Source: the human T2T-CHM13v2.0 reference genome, Homo sapiens
DNA length: 64,000 nucleotides
Reading direction: 5' to 3' (one strand)
Assembly (NCBI RefSeq): GCF_009914755.1
Contig: NC_060926.1
The position numbers were made by a program, and so were the translations under genes. Positions 45,951-60,029 of the stretch are shown here, piece after piece (the first letter of the stretch is position 1; every line of letters begins with the position of its first letter). The notes below the pieces were generated by a model. That model ran no database searches. It was not told the DNA's origin and saw nothing but the letters and a program-made list of their open reading frames with translations.

Positions 45951-46322
45951 AAGGTCCTTGAACAGACCTGCTGAGGTGTTCTGGCAACCACCCAGCAATA
46001 AAGGGGAAGGGGCAAGTGGAACCACCAGGTAGAATGTCAGAGGAGCCAGGAGCCTGGCAGGAGCAGACATCCAGGTTTGCATTTAGCATTAAGAGGATCT
46101 AGCAGCCTGGACTGAAGCTTCAAACACCAGTGCATTTCCCCAGGTCCCAATCTTTCAGTAATGAGGATATGTATCAGAGAATAAAGAGACACTCAAACAC
46201 AGAAGGAAAAAAAAGACACAGATATAGCAATAGATGGAGCTTGGGCACAAGCAATGAAGCAAGGACTATGACCCTGGAACCTAGGCAGGGCAGAATGAGA
46301 GGTAGTAAACAGTCTCTTTTCT

Positions 46323-46500
46323 GGCAAGGCACAGTGGCTCATGCCTGTAATCCCCAACACTTGTGGAGGCCAAAGCAGGAGGACTGCTTGAGCCCAGGAA
46401 GTTGAGGCTGCAGTGAGCCATGGCCACACCACTGCACTCCAGCCTTGGTGACAGAGAAAGACCCTGTCTCAAAAAATGAAAAATAAACAAACAAAAAAAG
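46323..46500 (+). mobile_element. Alu monomer (FRAM/FAM-like)
   Basis: Single arm ggctcatgcctgtaatccc...gaggctgcagtgagcc...gaccctgtctc plus A tail. Confidence 0.85.
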
Positions 46501-46589
46501 ATCCTCTTTTCTGATATGTATTCCCAGAATCTAGCATAGTCCTTGCCCATGTTAGGTACTCAGATATTTGTTAAATGGCTTTATTTATT

Positions 46590-46830
46590 TAATGAATACT
46601 TACATAATTCTTACTATGTACCCAAGCACCATTCTAAGTGCTTCAAAATATTAACTTGTTTAATCCTCACAACAACCCTATGAAGTAAAAACCATTGCTA
46701 ACCCCATCTTTCAAAACCAATCAAAACTGAGGCGTGTCAGAAGAAGTAATTTGCCCAGGGTCACACAGTAAGTAATGGCAGAGCCAGGAGTAGTCTCCAG
46801 AGTTCACACTCTCAGCCACCACGCTACGCT
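46590..46830 (-). mobile_element. MIR
   Basis: ttactatgtacccaagcaccattctaagtgct...tttaatcctcacaacaaccctatga...ttgcccagggtcacacag. Confidence 0.88.
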
Positions 46831-47199
46831 CTGAGTGAATAAATGAAGTCAGAGGTACTTCCTTTACTGAGATAGAGATTTTTCCAAAGTTCTTACTTTC
46901 AAGCTGCTGTAAAATGCTAGTAAATTCAAAGTTGTTGCTGAGATCAAAGCCAAGTGAGTCTGAATCCACCCTTATATTCTGTGCAGCCACCACCAGTGAC
47001 TTCTCATATGAGATGTGGATGCCTTAGGACATATAAAGGCAACTCTACAGTACCCACTTCCTATCAGGATGACACACTCTTCTTTTTTTTCATGTCAGTA
47101 CAAATAGTTGAGTTCATGGTGAATGATCATCTGTCCCTCCTACTCCTCTCCACCCTAAACATAGGTACTTCAATGAGTTTGATACATTAACTTAATTCG

Positions 47200-48270
<1,071 letters not shown>

Positions 48271-48519
48271 ACTGTCTCCATTTTCCATGGCAAATCATGG
48301 GGACTTTTGGTAAAATGACATTTTTTTTTTCCTTTAAAGTAGACTGGGGAAATGTGAAGGCCTTCAGTTCTCATAATTGCAAAGCCAACCCTTCACCAAA
48401 CCGTGAGACATAATGACTAAGGAGAGAGCCCGAGAAATAAATTTGAAGTTCTAATTCCCACACCACTAAATTGGTGATTAAGGAATGTTTTTGGTGTATT
48501 CTATTAATAAGCTGAAGCC

Positions 48520-49010
48520 ATTTTTTTTAACTTACGCCATTTTGTTCCACAAAGGATCTGAGGAAGCTTATAAGAAAAACAAGCAATAAAATTAAAAAAT
48601 ATAAATTTAAAAAATCAGGAACAAGGAAAACACAGCAGAATAGAAGGTCAAGACCAGTAGGAAACTAAGAATGCAGATATGTAGGCCACAGGGTCCTACG
48701 AAGTTATTAATGTTGAGCCAAAAATTTGGCTCTGAGCTTCTTGGCAACCAGAGGGAAAAGGGAAAAGGGAATACAATCAGGTACATTCAACGATATTCTC
48801 TTTGTTGATAAGAAAACACAAATTTCTCAGGGGAAGATAAGTTTTTCCTGGCCCTGAGTTCCAAGAGAATTCCTCAGGTGGGTTTCATGTCAGTGACTGT
48901 TTTCTCACTAACATCTCTAGGGTAAAAATGATGTTTCATGTTTCTTGTAACATCTCAGTGAAAGCTAATGGCCACCAAACTTTAATTGCTTAAAACACAG
49001 AAGGCAACCC
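48520..49010. mobile_element. L4 (RTE-X)-like ancient LINE fragment
   Basis: ttccacaaaggatctgaggaagct...ttgagccaaaaatttggctctgagcttcttggcaacca; family recalled from memory. Confidence 0.45.
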
Positions 49011-49051
49011 AGTCTATTATCTGCCAGTTAAGTGTGAAAAAGGAGGAAATA

Positions 49052-50070
<1,019 letters not shown>

Positions 50071-50129
50071 CAACCACAAATTATCAGTTGTGTCTTTCAA
50101 ACATTTCTTTATAATTTCAATTTTCTAAA

Positions 50130-50461
50130 CAAGGATCTAGCAAACTACGGCCTGCAGGCCAGATTTACCTTACCACCTGTTTTCATACTGCCCACAAAAT
50201 AAGAAATGTTTTGGTATTTTTTAATAGTTAAAAAAATCAAAAGAAGAATAATGATTTGTGACACATATGAAATTCAAATTTCAGTCTCCATAAATAAAAT
50301 GTTCTTGAAACACAGCCACGTTCATTCATTTACATATTGTCTATGGCTGCTTTTGTACTAAACAACAACAGAGTCAAATAGTTGCAACAGAGGACATATG
50401 AATGGGAAAGCCAAAAGTATTTACTACCTGGCCCTTTGCAGAAAAGGTTTGCTCACCTCTG
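50130..50461 (+). mobile_element. MER58B hAT-Charlie MITE
   Basis: gcaaactacggcctgcaggcc...acacagccacgttcattcatttacatattgtctatggctgc...tggccctttgcagaaaaggtttgc. Confidence 0.88.
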
Positions 50462-51459
50462 TTTTAAACTGATAAGAGTTTTTAAGAATCGAGCAACAGG
50501 TACTTCTAGGCAGTGACCTGAAACACAAATATGCCTGATTGGTAGTTAAAGTATATTCATAGGCATCAGTGATTAAATGAGCTGATACAAAATTGATATC
50601 TTTTGGGAACACTGAGGGGTCTGAACAAGCTTCTGGCCATTCCTCTATATGTAGAGTTAGATCAAGAAGAACTTGCAGGCAAAGCTAGAATTTTTCATAA
50701 GAAACATTTCTGGATCTATACCAGTTTAAAAACCCATGATTAATCAGTTAGTCATTTTTACATAAGCAAGTAAAGACACACTGTTTTCCAAATTTCTCAA
50801 ATAAATAAGCATCTCTTCAATAGAACTGTTAGATACTATACTAGCATGGCTTGTTTTTAATAAATAATGTATCACGCTGTTATAGAAAGAATATGATTTT
50901 CTGGGGATTGTAAATACTTTAATTCCAATGGTGAAAAGGTAAAGGATAAAGTTGCCTAACAATCATACTTCATGAAATCAAATTTCAAAGTTTATTTATA
51001 GATAGTTTCCTGATGATTATGTTAGCATAACTTTATTGTTTCTTGATTACTTAAAAATCAGATCAAGAACAAAAGTAACTCCTTTTTATCAGAATGCCTA
51101 TCAACCTCAAATACTGACTGATAGCATTCCTTTCTATTAAAGTTTCAAAAGATAAGTAGGTTCACAGGGAATATGTGCTGCTAGTACACACAGATGAACA
51201 GTTTTAGAATTTAAGAAGGAATAAAATGTACCAACATATCAAAATAAGCTTTAAAAAAAAATCTTGGCATTAATGTCAATAGGCACTCCCTGGGGAACTC
51301 CAGGGACATAAAGCATAAGCTTCAGGACAAAATTTTGCTTGTAGCCACTGTACCTGCAGTCATCCAGAACAAACAAAACCTTCAGCCCTGCAGAGCCAGG
51401 CTACCCGAGACCAGAATGCCCCAAATTTGGGAATGACCTCAAAATCACTGTTTCAGAGT

Positions 51460-51600
51460 TCAATATCAAGCTCCTTGTTTTATATAACATGCAAGTGAGC
51501 ACAGATTGAGTAAGGAACTTGCCCAGGCCACACAGCCAGCAGTCAGCAGCACTGGCATTAGGACTCCAGCCAGCCCCTTTCCCCATCTTCTGGGTTCTTC
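51460..51600 (-). mobile_element. MIR fragment
   Basis: gagcacaga...aacttgcccaggccacacagccagcag. Confidence 0.65.
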
Positions 51601-51603
51601 CTC

Positions 51604-51982
51604 TAGGGGTGTCCAATCTTTTGGCTTCCCTGGGCCACATTAGAAGAAGAAGAATTGTCTTGGGCCACACATAAAATACCCTAATACTAACTATAGCTGA
51701 TGAGCTAATATATATAATATAACATATATATATAACATATAACATAATGTTATATATAACATATATATAACATATAACATATAATATATATATAATATAT
51801 ATAATATATAATATAACATATATATTTGCTCATCAGCTAATATATATGGCCTAGTCCCATAATGAAATACTATATAATATATATATATTATATATATCAT
51901 AATGTTTACACACCTGTGTTGGGTCACATTCAAAGCCATCCTGGCCGCATGCAGCCCACGGGCCGTGGGTCGGATAACTTTT
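51604..51982 (+). mobile_element. MER30 with a complex internal AT-rich insertion
   Basis: aggggtgtccaatcttttggcttccctgggccac...tagctgatgagct [insert] tcataatgttt...ggccgcatgcagcccacgggccgtgggtcgga. Confidence 0.92.
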
Positions 51983-52906
51983 CAAGTCTACACCATAATT
52001 CATCCTCCCGCAGCTGGCTCTCTGGAGCCATCAGTTCATTGACTCAAGCAAGGTTAATGTATCCTCCTTCTAAGACAGATTAAATTCAAGTCCAAAACCA
52101 CTTAATGCATGAACGTCATCCCAGTGAGACCTATAAAGCAGAGGCCCTGTCAGCTTTGTAGGGCCCCAAACATCCCACAATGCCTTTTTGCCAGACCTGA
52201 ATTGGCAAAACTCTTTGGCCAAAGGCTCAGATGTCTTTCACCCTTCTCTTCAGACTGCATTGGTAAACCACGCTTCTTTTCTTTCCTCCTTGCCTCCTAC
52301 CTATTTCCTCTGTAGCATCTGCTTTGTAGATCATTCTTCTGTGGTGTGTGAGGACAAACGACACCAACAATCACACCACCACTCAATTGCTGAAGAGTGT
52401 AATTCCTGAACAACCAGATGCACCACTTTTACTTTAATACTTCGAATTACTATGTGGAAATCCAGGATGCGTTTGTAGATTTATTTCTACTAACACAACA
52501 ATTTTTACAAGTAACTAAAACTATGATAAAATTTTATCAGTTTCTGGATTTCATTCCAAGATGTCAAGACATGGGCCACATCCTCTTTAGCAGATTGTCT
52601 GGAGGAAAACCCTCCCATCAACCAAACTTAATTAATATTATTTCATGTTACTTGATAGAAATAAATAGTAATCTCCAATTTTTCTTAGCTTTTGAATAGG
52701 ATATCTGAATTAACAGCATTGATTTATTTAAAATAAAAATAATGATCTCTCTTTACTCTCTAGCTCCCAATCGCAAAATCCCACAATCTCCAATTAACAG
52801 TGATTTATTTTATACAAAAATAGTGGCAAAGTTTTCTTTTCTCATCAATCCCCAAAATGTACAATGGTACTTTAGTGCTTCCTCTATGCCAAATCATAGA
52901 TATCCA

Positions 52907-53012
52907 ATATATGGCCATACTGCCTGATCTCATCTAACCTCAGAAGCTAAGCAGGAATGGTCCAGTTAATATTGGATGGGAGACCACCTGAAAATGCCAT
53001 GTATAGGCTTTT
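52907..53012 (+). pseudogene. 5S rRNA processed pseudogene
   Basis: tggccatac..tgcctgatctcatctaacctcagaagctaagcagg...tggatgggagaccacctg...taggcttt aligns to 5S rRNA with a ~10-nt 5' deletion and CpG decay; A-rich tail follows. Confidence 0.9.
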
Positions 53013-53659
53013 AAAAAACAAAGCCGAGATACTCAAAGCTTCATCAAAATGGGTAAACACTGTGATAGTGGTTTTCAAAGTGCTTACTAACTAGCTCCAA
53101 AACACAGAATTGCTGCAGTACAACCACAAAAGCAGGGGGAACAGAATGTAAAGCATTTGGATTTTAAAGTTTTAAAAGATTTCTAGATGTTTAGAGTGAT
53201 TAGTTCTGTCCCACTTACAAAATGGAAACTGAGAAACAGAGTTAATCACAGAAACCAGTCTCCTTCCCAACCTATAGTTTTATGAAACTATACAAAGACA
53301 CAGCTAGGTAGCAACTTCTTCCAGGAAACATGAACATTTAGAATCTCATTTCTTCCATTATATGACTGAATCTAATAAAGAAGTACATTTTTCATGCCAC
53401 AAAAGACCAAATGAGGCCAAACAAGTATTCTAGAATCAACTTGAGACAGAAAGTAATTCCATTATCATCAATCAGGGTAGCATGCCCTTATTTTATAATA
53501 ATTTTAAAAATCTTAGTCCATCTCATACACTAAAGAAATTTATTCAGATAAGCTATATTTATTGTTTAATCTTGTGATGGAAGAAAAAGGGACTTTCACT
53601 TGCCTAAACTTGATTGTTTAAAAGAGGATATTTAAAACTTTTCCTTGCCAAATGTCCAA

Positions 53660-54075
53660 AGACTTGTAAACCAGGATATTCATTACAATGCTTTTTATAA
53701 TTTATAATATATAAAGTAGATAATAACTTAAATACTCAATAAGGGGAGGAGCGATTAAGTAAATTATGGCATACTCCCATAATGAAATACTATATAATCA
53801 TCAACATTGATTATTAGGGATAATTTATTGTCATGTAAAGATGTTTATATTAATGAGAAAAAGTAATGATAGTATTTAGGATCACAATTTGATAAAAATC
53901 TATAGTGAAAATTATATTTCACATACATGGGTATACATAGAAAAGAAAGGTTGGAAGTACAGACATCAAAATAATAATGTTCATTTCTAGGTAGTAGAAT
54001 TACTAGTAGAATTTTTTTGTTTGTATTTTCCAATTGTTTTACATTAATATCTTTCATTTGCTAAAAAATAGTAAT
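53660..54075 (+). mobile_element. L1ME 3' fragment
   Basis: caggatattcatt...acttaaatactcaataaggg...taaattatggcatac...aatgaaatactat. Confidence 0.7.
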
Positions 54076-54304
54076 AAAGTATGTAGTGCATCTGAAAAAT
54101 TTCATTCAAAATGATTAATATTAAAGAACTATTTCCAGCTGTGTGGCACATTAGCTTCGTGGTATATTTCATAGCTTGGTGATTTCAGGTAAGTGACAAA
54201 TTGCTTTATATCCTTTCTGTACCTGGGTAAACTGAGGTACAAAGTGAAATCAGAGACAGAACTAAAAGCAAAACATGAAGTTCCAAGATTTCAGTTCCCG
54301 TTAC

Positions 54305-54530
54305 TAAAATTCATGTATTCATTTATTCAATAAATATTTATTATGCAGCTAAAATGTAAGAAACATAAGGATAAATCATGTATAGATCCTACTCTCAGAG
54401 ACTGCAATTACTAAGATAATAAGGAATCTACCTAAATTTAAAAAGAGATAATGCTATAAGAGAGGTATGAGTGAAGGAGAGGTTTCTTTTTACTCATGGA
54501 GTTAGAGAAGTATTATTGAACAACAAAAAG
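54305..54530 (-). mobile_element. L2 3' end fragment
   Basis: attcatttattcaataaatatttatt...cctactctcagaga. Confidence 0.55.
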
Positions 54531-55239
54531 AACACAGTTGTGATTCAATACTGAAAAGTTGAATTTCTATGGTTATATGATGTGCATTATCTTAGAAAAA
54601 TGAACTCTATGTAGTACTGAGTGAAAAAGGTGGGTTGATGCAAAACAGTATGTATGTTTATTATACACATTTTACACACACACATCCACATACACCAACG
54701 TGCATGTGTAAACCAAACTGCTAACAATGCTAGTCTCTAGTTAGGGGAATTACAGGTGGTTTTTATCATTTTGCTATCTATCATGTCCAATTTTATTACA
54801 ATGAAGCTTAATGGTGTATTACAAATCAATAAAAGGGGAATACTTGTCCATGGTGACCAAATAAAGCTTGCATCATGCCATGATCAGTGCTGCACTATGC
54901 AGAAGCTAATGCTGACATGTGATAGACGATGACCAGGATGCATGACTTGCCCACTTCTTTTCTGATAGCCCCAGCTCTGATTTGTTTCCATTTGACAACA
55001 CTGAATGAGTGGTACAAAATTATTGTCCCTACCTTTGTGTAATATTCAGAGAACTGAGTAGATGCCTAGAGATTCAAAAAAGGACCAAAATAACCAGAAC
55101 TCTTGAGAGCGTACCTAATTACACAATCATTAATAATCAATATAGCTTCACAAAGAACTTGTCCTATGTAGATAATAGACAGTCATCCTATTACATAGCA
55201 GAGTGGAAGGCCTGATGGATCACAGAAAATTAACTGATG

Positions 55240-56120
55240 AACCCTAAGCTGGACTTTAGGAAGGCTTTTGATTCTCTCCTACAAGGCATGCTAGGAAAAT
55301 AGACCAGGAACAGACAACTGTTGATTCATTAACTATAGATTGGCTGGGGAGTTCTAACTAAAGCATTCAAATTGAGGAGACGACAAATGGTGTTTTTGAT
55401 ATCAACCCGAATAACAGACAGAAGAGGCCAAAAAATGAAATTTAGAAGGTAAAATAACAATTTAAGATAAAATTGTACAAATAAGAAACAAAATGTAGAT
55501 TAAACGTAGTATGGAAAAATGTGTTCAAAGTACACACCTGAATTACAGGAGCTAATTAGAAATTGTTTGCATAGAAATATGACTGTCAGTAGGCATTGCT
55601 GTAGCAGTTTAAAATACTGTTTTGACAATGAATACCGAATTAGGACTGACAGACAAATGCATGTTGTCTACACCCATGTTAGCACTTAACATGTTGTATT
55701 GCCATTACTTGTTGGCAAATCTTTCTCTCCCTCAAGGTTTTTGTTAAATCTTACTGTATTCCCAGCACCTAGCAGAGTCTGGCAGAGAGAGGATTTTTCA
55801 ATACATCCTCAGGAATAAATGAGATCATCTCCCATCTTCCTCAGATACCTTAATAAAGCACTAAACTCCCCTCAGAGTGCTATATTTAAAGATGGATATG
55901 AATAATTTGCTGAGCATTCAGAGGAGAACTTAAAAAGGTGGGGAGTTGATAAATGAGAATTGGATTTTTCCGTTTATAGAAGAGAAAGCTGGGGGGTAAA
56001 TTAGTTACAATTTTCTTTTTGAAGAAATCTTACGCAAAAGACATCTTTTTCTATTAAAAATGTCCAAAAGTGTCTGGGTTAGAAGCCCAGATTAGGGAAA
56101 TGGACCATTAAATATTGGAA
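55240..56120 (+). mobile_element. CR1/L3 LINE relic, interrupted by an L2 3' end (~55670-55820)
   Basis: 55249-55272 translates LDFRKAFD (CR1-type RT motif); gagcattcagaggaga later. Confidence 0.5.
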
Positions 56121-58530
56121 TGGATAACAACAGAAAAAAAAAAAAAACCTCAACTAAAATATATTTTACTAAATGCTTTCACAAAAGAGCTAGCTCCTGA
56201 GCTCCAATGAAGACTCACGTATAAGCCGCTGTGAATTAAGAAGCTGGCCTTTCAACCAAGCCCCTTACGTAAGAGCCAAGACTCCACAATTTCATGATAA
56301 ATGAGTAACCAGCCATCATCAGAGAGTTTGCACAATTAAACTGACAATTCAAAACTCAATTTTATTTTCATGATATTTATGTTCAAGTTATCATAGAAGT
56401 CTGTATCAACAGAATATAAAATATACTATTGATGTATAGAAATTAGATTTCTGGAAAATCCCATACTTATTTCTTCATGTATATTTGCATAGATTTCTAT
56501 TTTTTTATTAGCTGGTTATTTCTTAATTGAGAGTGTTCTAAATAAAACCTGATATTAAATACAATATAATTATTTCAGTTCCAAAATACATCCAGTATAC
56601 CCAGTAAATATGGCTTTAGTAAGAAATTGTGAGAAAAGAATCCCACTCTAATTGATTCTCACCTATGTATCAAATATTATTTTGTTCTATTCTTCAATCA
56701 TTATTTTTTCTTTTTTTTTTAGCTGGGCAGCTCCCTAAACCAGAATAGGTTCAGAGCAACTCCTGGTCATCATTTTTTATTTGCAATATAAAAACTGTTA
56801 TATATTATATTAATTATAATTTATAATTATAAATTATAATATAATATATTAACTGTTCTAATAACCCATTTGTCACTATAAATAGCCTTTGAGTTTTTCT
56901 TCCATTCCAAAAAGGAGTAAAAGGTCCCCCAAACCAATTGATTTAACACCAAATTTAAATAAACCCAAAGACCCTCTCACTTTTCACATTGAGTAGAACA
57001 AGGTCAGACTGGGCATCTTCCAAATGTAAAGGCTTAATTGGACTAATTCTTTCATGATAATAATGTATATTTAAGATAGCCACTAAAAATTGTCAATGCT
57101 AATTTAGTAGATCAATTCCATTAAATGCTTTGAACTTTTCACCACTTGCTAATCTCATCTATTACAGCTGCTGTTTTTGTTGAAAATCTAAGCTATAACT
57201 TAATATCAAATTACAACATTTCTAGGCAGACCTAAAAAATACTTTCTTATATGTGAAATATAACCTAAAAAGACTGTAAGTTGTGTAAATTGTAAGATTC
57301 TAGCCATAAAATTTCCTGCAGTCAAAATGCAGAAAGATCTTATCAATCTATTGGCAATTGACATTATGGTAAGAAGCTTATGGGTTTTTTTTTAACATCT
57401 TAGAAATAAATGTTTTATTGTATCTAAAATAAAGCTTTAACATTTGTGATTATTGATTGTAGACCCACCTTTATACACTAAATGGTTCAGACTGTAACAT
57501 CAAACATAATGTAATTTAGGTAATACTTCAACTCACGTCAGTAGAAATGCCAAGGTTGTGCTCAACATTTAGGTGAACAATGTAAGGAATATGCTCATTA
57601 ATGTAAAAAATAATATATTTGTTATTTAGCTAATGAAGAATTTTGAGACCCCAAACCACTATCGAATATCCAGCATGCCTTATTTGTCTGGAACTAGACT
57701 TCTGAGGCTATTTTTATTCCCTGTGATTTACCACCAGTATCCTCTGGGTGATAGTTGAGGAAACAGATGCTGGGAATCTCTCTGCTCAGTTCCTGAGAGG
57801 AGAGTTCTGACTCACAGCCTTGCCAGCTCCCTGCTTTGTACTCACATAAGCAAAGGGTGGTGAAGTAAAACGTAAATGACTGCCTGATTTCCAGTCTCTC
57901 ATTGCCAGTTTCCTCAAAGTTTCCACTTACGCATTTGCCTCCCTTACCAATTTCGTTTGAAGTTCCTTTTCCAAAATCCTGAACGGCATGTTCCCAGGAT
58001 ACATTTACTTTTTCAAAAAAATTCATTCAGTGGGGATTTTCCAACTGAAATTAAAAAAAAAAAAAAGGAAGACTGGAGAGGGGGCATTCTTTTTTTTCGG
58101 CTTTTTCATTTACTGTCAATTGATTGTATTGATATCTGCAGAAGGAAGATGTAGATTTTTTTAAAAAAATTGTAAAATGTTCCCCTCTAAGCTCTAAGCA
58201 CATTTTTCTTATGGAAAATCATAAACCTTCCTAAAAGTTTCCTGTATTCTGTTATTTATTGTGAAAGGATTTAAACTAACATAGATATGCTTCCATTTGG
58301 AGATTATACTTAAATTGTTAGTTTAAAAAAATTAATCTTTATTAAATGTCCACAAGGTATAGAGCATTCTTCTTTCTTTGTGCGTCTAGGCTGACAAAAA
58401 TACACAGGGGGAAGAAATCTATGAAGTTTAAATACCTTTTATAATGAATTTAAAACAGAAGCATACGCCACATTATAGACTGAGAATTCAATTTCACAAG
58501 GCAGCAGTTTCTCTTAAAACTATTATTTTA

Positions 58531-58819
58531 GGTCGGGCGCGGTGTCACGCCCTGTAATCCCAGCACTTTGGGAGGTCAAGGAGGGTGGATCATGACATCA
58601 GGAGTTCGAGACCAGCCTGACCGTCATGGTGAAACCCGTCTCTACTAAAAATACGAAAATTAGCCAGATGTGGTGGCACGCACCTGTAATCCCAGCTACT
58701 CAGGAGGCTGAGGCAGGAGAATCACTTGAACCTGGGAGGAGGAGATTGTGGTGAGCCAAGATCCTGCCCCTGCACTCCAGTCTAGGTGACAGAGCAAGAC
58801 TCTTTTTAAAAAAAAAAAA
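58531..58819 (+). mobile_element. AluS (Sg-like)
   Basis: Dimer; TSD ctattatttta. Confidence 0.93.
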
Positions 58820-58930
58820 GCTATTATTTTACAGAGAAATTAAATTCACTGGCCAGAGTATGTTTTTACAAAGTTTTTCTTTAAAAACCTACCTTTACTT
58901 TATTGAAAACAATGGGACCTATATGGATAA

Positions 58931-59231
<301 letters not shown>

Positions 59232-59976
59232 AATAATTTTCTAAGTGTAATCTTATGTGAGTAAATTAAATTTCCTTATCAAATGCCACTGAACTACCTG
59301 AATGTTTGCTTATTAATCCCATAATTTAGTGTGGCTTAACAATAGCCTGGATAATTGATTTAGACTATTTTTATATTAGGAAAACTTGGCAATTGTTATT
59401 GCATTTCAGATAAAAAGAGTTTAGGTTGACAAGTTAAGTCTCACAGCATCACCGCGACACCTTCTGGAAGTATATCTATGTGAGACGGAACAAGTCAACC
59501 TACTACTAATCCAACAGAAATCTGTCTGGGAGAAGGGGAGTGAGGAAAGGTGTCGGTTTGTTAGCATGTAGAGCAAGCAGCCTACTAAAGACTAAATTAT
59601 TGCTTTCCATCACAAAGACACTTACCCATCCTCAAGTTGACCACCATCTTGTTCTCTGTGAAAGACCTGGCTGGTAGATTGGGCCGCCTCACTAGCATCA
59701 AATAAATATTCCTTACCAGCCACAAAGGGAAAATATATTGAGCCAGATTAGTAACATTCTAATAGAAAATGTGGCATTTTGAATGAGGAAAACTACTTCA
59801 GTGAAAAAATTTGGTAAGATGCCCACAATGAGCAAAGAACCTTAAAATGCAAGAGATTCTCCAGTGGAAAATGGCCTAATCTTTATGAACTAACTGCTAC
59901 ACAAAAGGCAAAAAGTCAACACAAAAATTGACATTTAAAAAATCTATTCGCCAATAATATTTTGCAAAGATATTAT

Positions 59977-59985
59977 ACACACACG

Positions 59986-60023
<38 letters not shown>
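59977..60023. repeat. (CA)n microsatellite
   Basis: Read directly; CG interruptions near the 5' end. Confidence 0.95.

Positions 60024-60029
<6 letters not shown>

Noticed and set aside
51706-51900. Possible CRISPR-like or regular repeat array
   Set aside because: Irregular AT-rich low-complexity sequence with no repeat-spacer periodicity; eukaryotic context
54139-54194. 50-nt exon-like segment with CAG|gtaagt donor
   Set aside because: Weak polypyrimidine tract; isolated perfect donors are expected by chance in 64 kb
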